Program-made: the position numbers and the translations under genes
Notes under the pieces: generated by a model
What the model was told of the DNA's origin: nothing
What the model saw: the letters and a program-made list of their open reading frames with translations, nothing else
The model's database searches: none
Assembly (NCBI GenBank): GCA_026982835.1
Contig: JALSGI010000891.1
Location: forward strand, 1 to 39,086
Reading direction: 5' to 3'
Origin: Planctomycetota bacterium
GTDB lineage: Bacteria; Planctomycetota; Planctomycetia; Pirellulales; S012-138
DNA: 39,086 nt
Part shown: positions 33,120 through 39,086 of the stretch, piece after piece
Layout: each line of letters begins with the position of its first letter
Numbering within the stretch: position 1 is the stretch's first letter

Positions 33120-34766
33120 TTACGGACTGCCCTGGGGGAGCAATTCCCGGGCGGCATCCGGGCGGGCCGTCCGGTACCAGCGGGTCCATCGCAAGATGGC
33201 CTGACGACGCTGCTTGGGACTGGGGCGATCCGGTAACCCGAATCCTTCCATCCGGCGACTCAACCGCCGCAAGGCGTCGCGGGCGGCACGCATCACCCGC
33301 AAGTCCGGGTCTTCCAGCAGCCGGATCAACAGGGGTACCACGTCCATTTTACCCGAGGCGGCCAGGGCCTTCACCGCGGCGATCTTTGCCTCGGGGGAAC
33401 CGTCCTGGGCCAGTTGGCGCAGCTGGCGGTCCAGCCGGGAGAGCATCTGCGGATCCGGGTCCTCTCCCAGCTCCTCCAACGCGGCCAAGGCCTGCTGGTA
33501 CTTCGGATGATTCGGATCGCCGATGATCCCTAGCAACTGGTCCGCCGGACCCCGCAAGGGCTTGACCCGAAGCTGGCCGCCGCGCAACTCCAGCGGGCCG
33601 CCCAAGCGGGGAAGCCCCCGTCCGCCGACCAGCTTGCCGCTGGCCGGTTGCACATCCTGGAGCATCTTGCGGGTGGCCCGAACCAGGAACAAAACGGCAA
33701 AGGCCGTGGGGGCTGGGTCGGGGCTGACCGTGGCATCGTTTTTGCCCCAGCTTCCATCCCCCCGTTGACGTGCCAGTAGATATTCCAAGCCCAAGTTGTA
33801 CCATTGTTCGCTCGTGGACCCTTCCGGATCGACCAGTTCCCGAAAACTGTGGTAACGCTCCAACGAATAAAGGAAGTAAAACACGTACTCGTGCTCTGCT
33901 TTTTCAAAGGAAAAATTGGCTTCCAGCCATTGTTCGGCCCTTTGGGCGGCTTGGGACAACTGGGCCACGGGAAGGGAAACGGAACGCATTTTGTGCACTC
34001 CCCCGCCCGCTTCCACCTTTTCCAACGCCGGCGGCAAACCCGTTTCTTGTTCCCGACGCCCTCCCAACTTGGCACGGGCCTGGCAGATATACAGAGCACT
34101 CAAGGCCGCAGCGGTGGTGCCGACTCGAGGACCCCTTGCTGGTTGGGCCGGCTCGTACACGTATCCGCCTGAGGAGTGCTGGGTACGCACCAGCCACGTG
34201 GCCAGGTTTTGCCACGCCCCGGCCGACGTCCCCACGCCGGACTGATCCATGGCCCACAAAGCCAACGCCCCGTACTGGGTCATCGAGGTATCCCCTCCGA
34301 CTTGCTTGGGGCCGCGTGACTGGCCGAACAAACAGCTGAATCCCCCATGAGCCATCTGAAATCTCATGATGTTCGAGCGAAGAAGGCGAATCTCCTCGGC
34401 CGAACCATCCGGATTGATCTCCGACAAAGCCGTCAGCGCAATGGCTATGGAGTAAGGGGCTGAGTATTCCCTGGCCAGTTGTGGGCGGTGGATATCCTGT
34501 CGGATAGCGGCCAGGGTGTTTCGAACGATCGGGTCCGTGGGTTGCACGGCTTCCGCCTTGTAAAGGGCCAGAATGGCCAAGCTGGTCAGCCCCAGACGCC
34601 GGGAAGTAGAGGCCTCATTGCGAGCACGACGGAGACCCGTGGTTTTCAGATAATTGCAGGCCCGCTGAACGGATTGACGCACTTTCGGTGGCAATGGTTC
34701 GGCGGCTTGCGATCCGGTGGCCAGAGAAAAAAGCACCAACCACACAAGCTCTCGATACGGTTTCAT
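33120..34766 (-). CDS. Secreted prenyltransferase/squalene-oxidase-like (alpha/alpha-toroid) repeat protein with C-terminal HEAT-like repeats
   Basis: ATG 34766 followed by a signal peptide. Repeated motifs QMAHGGFS, RTQHSSGGYVY and ARQRGDGSWG. The C-terminus SPEAKIAAVKALAASGKMDVVPLLIRLLEDPDLRVMRAARDALRRL is HEAT/PBS-lyase-like. Confidence 0.6.
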   Translation of the reverse strand: MKPYRELVWLVLFSLATGSQAAEPLPPKVRQSVQRACNYLKTTGLRRARNEASTSRRLGLTSLAILALYKAEAVQPTDPIVRNTLAAIRQDIHRPQLAREYSAPYSIAIALTALSEINPDGSAEEIRLLRSNIMRFQMAHGGFSCLFGQSRGPKQVGGDTSMTQYGALALWAMDQSGVGTSAGAWQNLATWLVRTQHSSGGYVYEPAQPARGPRVGTTAAALSALYICQARAKLGGRREQETGLPPALEKVEAGGGVHKMRSVSLPVAQLSQAAQRAEQWLEANFSFEKAEHEYVFYFLYSLERYHSFRELVDPEGSTSEQWYNLGLEYLLARQRGDGSWGKNDATVSPDPAPTAFAVLFLVRATRKMLQDVQPASGKLVGGRGLPRLGGPLELRGGQLRVKPLRGPADQLLGIIGDPNHPKYQQALAALEELGEDPDPQMLSRLDRQLRQLAQDGSPEAKIAAVKALAASGKMDVVPLLIRLLEDPDLRVMRAARDALRRLSRRMEGFGLPDRPSPKQRRQAILRWTRWYRTARPDAARELLPQGSP

Positions 34767-35073
34767 TGCTCGGCCGGTCACGTGCTGGAGAAAGGAAAAG
34801 CCAACAAGCACCCGATTCCCACCCTTCCGGCAGGAACGCCCCGGCTACCGATCGGAACCAGGAAACGCACCCCTGGGCTCCCGGCCGATCGCTCTCTCTG
34901 TCCCGATCCGCTCCCGCGCCGTGGCTATGACGGGTGGAGGCAATCCGGCTTCACCCTGGAAAAGGATAAAAACGACAAGGCCACCGCGGGATTCCTCCTG
35001 CGGTTGTTTCGCCGGAAAGCCCCCAACTGCCAAACACGACCGGGATACGGAACAAGTCCTTCAGGCAACAAAA

Positions 35074-35103
35074 ATCTTACACTAAGGCAAAAAACACCGT
35101 CAA
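35074..35103 (-). promoter_or_regulatory. Sigma70-like promoter candidate for the nine-gene minus-strand operon
   Basis: On the minus strand: TTGACG (35103-35098), an 18-nt spacer, then TAAGAT (35079-35074), about 300 nt upstream of ATG 34766. It lies back-to-back with the plus-strand candidate. Confidence 0.3.
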
Positions 35104-35197
35104 GCAAACGCAAACCTCGCTGCTGCCCCCAGGAAACACCCCCGGCAGCCGAGACCGCCGATTCCGGCTCCTGTAGGGGACCGCGTGCGAAAAAAGA

Positions 35198-35226
35198 TTG
35201 ACCCCGGCCCCCGGTTCGGCTACAAA
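35198..35226 (+). promoter_or_regulatory. Sigma70-like promoter candidate for the DUF1549/1553-DUF1501-WD40 operon
   Basis: TTGACC (35198-35203), a 17-nt spacer, then TACAAA (35221-35226), about 130 nt upstream of ATG 35358. Planctomycete promoter consensus is poorly known. Confidence 0.3.
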
Positions 35227-35357
35227 CAAATCAAGAGGCGTTTATCCTTTTGCCGTGCCCCAACCGTGGCCGATACCAGTAACGATACGCTGCCCCGCCT
35301 TTGCTGATTCCCACCTGCCAACCTCCCCGCCTTTCCCGCCAAGAACAAGTAAGAAAG

Positions 35358-37055
35358 ATGGCCGCCTTGCAGAAAATCCGGCTTTTCTTCCCGCTTCTGG
35401 CCCTGGCGGTAATCTCGCCGCCGGCCGAAGCCGACGAGCCGCTCCACCGGCAGATCGACCGCATGATCCAGGCCAGGCTCCCTTCGGCCCCCGCCCCGCT
35501 GGCCGATGATGCCCAGTTCCTGCGACGCGTGTACCTGGACCTCACCGGGCGCATCCCCACGCCGCAGGAAGCCCGGGCCTTCCTGGCCGACGGCTCGCCG
35601 GAGAAACGCCTGCGGCTGATCGACCAGTTGCTCGCCTCGCCGGAGTTCCCCTGGCGGATGGCCCATGTGCTGGACGACTGGCTCATGGAACGCCGCACCG
35701 CCCCGGGGGTCAGCCGCACGCAGTGGCTGGAGTACCTGCGGCGCACCGTGGAACAGAACCGGCCGCTCCATCTGCTGCTGGCCGAGTTGCTTCAGGCCGA
35801 CGACCACACGCCACAGGAAGCCACTGCGTTCCTGCTGGCTCGCAATGCCGAACCGCACGCGGTGACGCGCGACGTGGGCCGCACCATCTTCGGCGTGGAC
35901 TTGCAGTGTGCCCAGTGCCACGACCACCCGGACATCGACGACTACAACCAGGATCTATACTACGGGTTGTTTGCCTTCTACACCCGCACCAGCCTGTTTA
36001 CCGAACCCAAGAGCAAACGCAAGCTGCTGGCCGAAAAGGCCCAAGGCGAGGCCTCCTACACCTCGGTGTTCGACTCCTCGATCAAGAAAGAACGGGTCGA
36101 TCCCCAGCCCCCGGGCGGCAAACCTCTGCCGGACCCCAAGCTGGCCAAGGAGCAGCTTTACCTGGTGGCTCCGGCCAAGGGCGTGCGGCCTGTGCCCCGC
36201 TACAGTCGCCGGGCGCGGCTGGCCCAGGTGGTCCGCCAGGGCACCAACCGCTATCTGGCCCGAAACGTGGCCAACCGGCTTTGGGCCATGATGATGGGCC
36301 GCGGGCTGGTCCACCCGGTGGACTACTTCCACAGCGACAATCCCCCTTCGCACCCGGAGTTGCTGGAACGCCTGGCCGACTACTTGATTCAGACACGCTA
36401 CAATCTGCGCGGTTTCCTGCGCCAACTGGCCTTGAGCCACACCTACCAGCGAAGCAGCCTGCCGCCGAAGACTCTGCCCGCCGAGATGTTGGCCCCGGAG
36501 CTATTCGCCGTGGCGCAGCTCAAGCCCCTACGGGCCGAACAGCTGGCCTGGAGCGTGATGGAAGCCACTGGGATCAGCACCGCCACGCGGGAAGCGGTGC
36601 GGAGCCAGTTATTGCGGGATCCGAAGATGCGGGACATTTTCCAGTTGGACGCCCGCCGGGCGGCGCTGCTGGAGCAGATGGTGCAGCACCAGCTGGCCCG
36701 GCGAATGGAGGGCAACGTGCGGGCGTTTGTGCGCGAGTTTGCCCCCCCGGTCGGGGAGCTGCAGGATCAGTTCCACGCCACGGCCGCCCAGGCGTTATTT
36801 ATGAACAACGGGAACTTGTTGCGTTCCTGGCTTGCCCCGCGCAGCAACAATCTCACCGGACGTTTGCTCAAGATCAAAGACACAAACAAACTGGCCGAAG
36901 AGCTTTACCTGAGCGTGCTGACCCGACCGCCGGACGAAAGCGAACGGCAGGCGGTGGCCCAGTACCTCAAAGGCCGCGACAAGGACCGCCCCGCGGCCGT
37001 GCAGGAGATGGCCTGGGCGCTGCTCTGTTCGGTGGAGTTCCGGTTCAACCATTAA
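35358..37055 (+). CDS. DUF1549 + DUF1553 domain protein
   Basis: ATG 35358 and a signal peptide. IDRMIQARL...FLRRVYLDLTGRIPTPQEARAFL (DUF1549). CAQCHDHPDIDDY and a C-terminal AWALLCSVEFRFNH (DUF1553). Confidence 0.85.
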   Translation: MAALQKIRLFFPLLALAVISPPAEADEPLHRQIDRMIQARLPSAPAPLADDAQFLRRVYLDLTGRIPTPQEARAFLADGSPEKRLRLIDQLLASPEFPWRMAHVLDDWLMERRTAPGVSRTQWLEYLRRTVEQNRPLHLLLAELLQADDHTPQEATAFLLARNAEPHAVTRDVGRTIFGVDLQCAQCHDHPDIDDYNQDLYYGLFAFYTRTSLFTEPKSKRKLLAEKAQGEASYTSVFDSSIKKERVDPQPPGGKPLPDPKLAKEQLYLVAPAKGVRPVPRYSRRARLAQVVRQGTNRYLARNVANRLWAMMMGRGLVHPVDYFHSDNPPSHPELLERLADYLIQTRYNLRGFLRQLALSHTYQRSSLPPKTLPAEMLAPELFAVAQLKPLRAEQLAWSVMEATGISTATREAVRSQLLRDPKMRDIFQLDARRAALLEQMVQHQLARRMEGNVRAFVREFAPPVGELQDQFHATAAQALFMNNGNLLRSWLAPRSNNLTGRLLKIKDTNKLAEELYLSVLTRPPDESERQAVAQYLKGRDKDRPAAVQEMAWALLCSVEFRFNH

Positions 37056-37113
37056 CAATGCTCGTGCGGACACCGCGGATGCGAAACAACCCCACTCCCA
37101 GGGAGGACAAGTC

Positions 37114-38385
37114 ATGAAGTGTCGCTATGCTTGTGGCAGCCCGGAGCATGCCCTGCACCGGCGCAAGTTCCTGGGCGCGTTGGCCGGGGTGACGGGTTTG
37201 GGCACTGTGGGCTTTTTCACTCGCCCGGCGGTGGCCAAACAGTTGCAAAAGAAGCAAAAGCACATGCTGGTCATCTACCTGGCCGGGGGGGTGAGCCAGC
37301 TGGAAACCTGGGACCCCAAGCCGGGGACCGACACCGGGGGTCCGTTTCGGGCCATCCCCACCTCAGTACCCGGGGTGCACATCTGTGAGCTCCTGCCCCA
37401 CACCGCCAAGCAAATGCACCGCATGGCCCTGGTGCGCAGCCTCAACACCAAGAACAACGATCACGGGATGGGGCACTACCAGATGACCCACGGCCGCAAC
37501 CGCGGCGGGCTGAACGTGCCGCACGTGGGCGCGCTGGTCAATCGCATGCTCCACCCCAAGGAAAGCCCCCTGCCGGGGTTCATCCACGTGGGCCGCGGCG
37601 GCGACATCAAGGACGCCGGATATCTTGGCCCGCAGTACGGCAGCCTGGGGTTGCCCTCGGGCGGCCCGCCGGCAGGGATCGCCCGGCCCAAGGGACTCTC
37701 GCTGGAGGCCGACATGCGACGGCACAAGTTCCTCCGCGGAGTGAACAACCACTTCCTGGCCCAACGCCGCTCGGCCGAGACGGAAGCCTACACCTACAGC
37801 TACGAGCAGGCCCTGCGGTTGATGGAGCAGCGGCACGTGTTCGAAGTGGACCGCGAGCCGGAAAAGCTCCGCGAAGCCTACGGCTCCCACCCCTTCGGCC
37901 GCCACTGCCTGCTGGCCCGGCGACTGATCGAACACGGCGTGACCTACGTGCAGGTGAACCACACCAACTACGACACCCACCACGAGAACTTCAACTTCCA
38001 CATCGAGCAGCTCGGGGAGTTCGACCGCACGTTCGCCACGCTGCTGGAAGACCTGGCCAGCCGCGGCTTGCTGGAGCATACGCTGGTGGTGGTGATGAGC
38101 GAGTTCGGCCGCACGCCGCGGATCAATGAGCGGCTGGGCCGCGATCACTGGGGCCGCTCCTGGAGCATTGCCCTGGCCGGTTGCGGCATCCAGCACGGGG
38201 CGGTGATCGGCAAAACCAACAAGAACGGCACCGCCGTGGCCGAGCGGGAAGTGGATCACGGGCACTTGTTCCACACCTACCTGCAGGCCCTGGGAATCGA
38301 CTCCACGGGCAACGTGGACGTCAACGGCCGCGAGCTGCCCGTGGCCGACCCTGCCCGCGAGCCGATCGAGGAGCTGCTGGCATGA
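37114..38385 (+). CDS. DUF1501 domain protein (sulfatase-like fold) with twin-arginine signal
   Basis: GGGAGGAC upstream. RRKFLGALAGVTGLG Tat motif. LAGGVSQLETWDPKP, NYDTHHENF, SEFGRTPRIN and GRDHW are typical of DUF1501. Confidence 0.9.
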   Translation: MKCRYACGSPEHALHRRKFLGALAGVTGLGTVGFFTRPAVAKQLQKKQKHMLVIYLAGGVSQLETWDPKPGTDTGGPFRAIPTSVPGVHICELLPHTAKQMHRMALVRSLNTKNNDHGMGHYQMTHGRNRGGLNVPHVGALVNRMLHPKESPLPGFIHVGRGGDIKDAGYLGPQYGSLGLPSGGPPAGIARPKGLSLEADMRRHKFLRGVNNHFLAQRRSAETEAYTYSYEQALRLMEQRHVFEVDREPEKLREAYGSHPFGRHCLLARRLIEHGVTYVQVNHTNYDTHHENFNFHIEQLGEFDRTFATLLEDLASRGLLEHTLVVVMSEFGRTPRINERLGRDHWGRSWSIALAGCGIQHGAVIGKTNKNGTAVAEREVDHGHLFHTYLQALGIDSTGNVDVNGRELPVADPAREPIEELLA

Positions 38386-39086
38386 GCCCCCAACAAGCCG
38401 CCCAGCTGCCCAAGGTGGACCCCAAGGCGTTCCGCGAGCTGAAGCGGTTCAAGTACGCCTCGCCGTTTCTGGCCTGCCGCTTCGATCCCAAGGGGCGGTT
38501 CGTCTTCGCCGCCGCCCAGGACTTCTCCATCCAGCGGTGGGAGCTGGCCTCGGGGAAACAGGCCAGCTACCTGGGAGGACACGAGAGCTGGGTGCGTGCC
38601 TTGGGCTTCGACCCCCAAGGCCGCTGGCTCTTAAGCGGCGGTTACGATGGGCGGCTGATCTGGTGGCCCGCCGATGCCGAAAAACTCGAGCCGCTCCGCA
38701 AGATCGACGCCCACCAGGGCTGGATTCGGGCGCTGGCTGTCAGTCCCGACGGGCAACTGGTGGCCACTGTGGGCAACGACCACCTGGTCAAGCTCTGGAA
38801 AGTGGAAGACGGCTCCCCGGTGGCCGAACTGGCCGGACACCAGCACCACGTCTATAACGTGGCGTTCCACCCCGGGGGAAAGGACCTGGCCACCTGCGAC
38901 CACCACGGCGTGGTCAAGCACTGGTCGCTTAAAGAGCTGAAGCAAGTCCGGGAGCTGAAAGCCGCCGATATCCACAAGTACGATACCGGCTTTCATGCCC
39001 ATATCGGCGGGGCGCGGGCCATGTGCTTCGACGCCCAGGGCAAACTGCTGGCCGCCGGCGGGATTACCAACGTCACCAACGCCTTT
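38382..39086 (+). CDS. WD40 repeat protein, N-terminal part; runs off the 3' end of the window
   Basis: This ORF is not in the supplied track because it has no stop. My own translation from ATG 38382 is open to base 39086. The ATG overlaps the DUF1501 stop (ATGA). WD repeats: GHESWVRALGFDPQGRWLLSGGYDGRLIWW, AHQGWIRALAVSPDGQLVATVGNDHLVKLW, GHQHHVYNVAFHPGGKDLATCDHHGVVKHW. Confidence 0.8.
   Translation, partial: MSPQQAAQLPKVDPKAFRELKRFKYASPFLACRFDPKGRFVFAAAQDFSIQRWELASGKQASYLGGHESWVRALGFDPQGRWLLSGGYDGRLIWWPADAEKLEPLRKIDAHQGWIRALAVSPDGQLVATVGNDHLVKLWKVEDGSPVAELAGHQHHVYNVAFHPGGKDLATCDHHGVVKHWSLKELKQVRELKAADIHKYDTGFHAHIGGARAMCFDAQGKLLAAGGITNVTNAF

Noticed and set aside
35723-38274. ORFs 35723..37117(+) and 37363..38274(-)
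   Set aside because: They are off-frame or antisense to the DUF1549/1553 and DUF1501 genes, whose own frames carry diagnostic motifs.
1-39086. Search for tRNA, rRNA, tmRNA, transposase, integrase, toxin-antitoxin or known defence genes
   Set aside because: I found no T-arm-like GGTTCGAATCC-type motif in any spacer, no rRNA-like stretch and no ORF with transposase, integrase or defence-system motifs that I can recognise. Absence is by eye only, and tRNAscan/Infernal/DefenseFinder would be decisive.

Overview
High-GC (roughly 65%) bacterial chromosomal window. It is most likely Planctomycetota. I infer this from two PSCyt/DUF1549/DUF1553 proteins, a DUF1501 partner with a Tat signal, a WD40 partner, CRTAC1/ASPIC FG-GAP proteins and prenyltransferase-like repeat proteins. 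No database search was possible. I support 27 protein-coding genes plus one doubtful small ORF. I found no rRNA, tRNA, CRISPR array, transposase or integrase. Three things stand out. (1) A 15.2-kb, nine-gene minus-strand operon (19551-34766) combines an ExbB/ExbD/ExbD proton-channel motor, one ExbD carrying an N-terminal zinc ribbon. With it come a TM-anchored unknown protein in the TonB position, a 1138-aa TM+TPR+beta-propeller protein, a TPR+family-5-solute-binding-like protein, a secreted unknown, a secreted alpha/alpha-toroid+HEAT protein and a 1060-aa AsmA/TamB-like protein. I see no TonB, TolA/TolB/Pal, TonB-dependent receptor or ABC permease. This is my best candidate for an undescribed envelope machine. 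(2) Four intergenic clusters total about 2.4 kb (4677-5202, 9100-9595, 14037-14424, 18560-19550). They are mosaics, in both orientations, of a small vocabulary of about 30-nt hairpin modules, 7- and 8-nt tandem runs and roughly 84-nt MITE-like composites. The hairpin consensus is GGCGAGCC-N6-tetraloop-N6'-GGAGAA, and the stems covary. (3) A lower-GC island (about 6004-9055) holds an orphan Trp/Tyr-rich secreted protein. The rest is housekeeping or accessory: a partial MscS gene, Skp/OmpH, a NeuB-like/cytidylyltransferase pair, DUF309, PH-like membrane proteins, a YfcH-like epimerase, an MBL hydrolase with two CBS-pair proteins, and an NPP/alkaline-phosphatase family enzyme. Many long ORFs in the track are off-frame or antisense shadows typical of high-GC DNA and were rejected. 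All product calls rest on motifs I recognise by eye. Start codons were chosen from ATG plus Shine-Dalgarno context and are less certain than stops.
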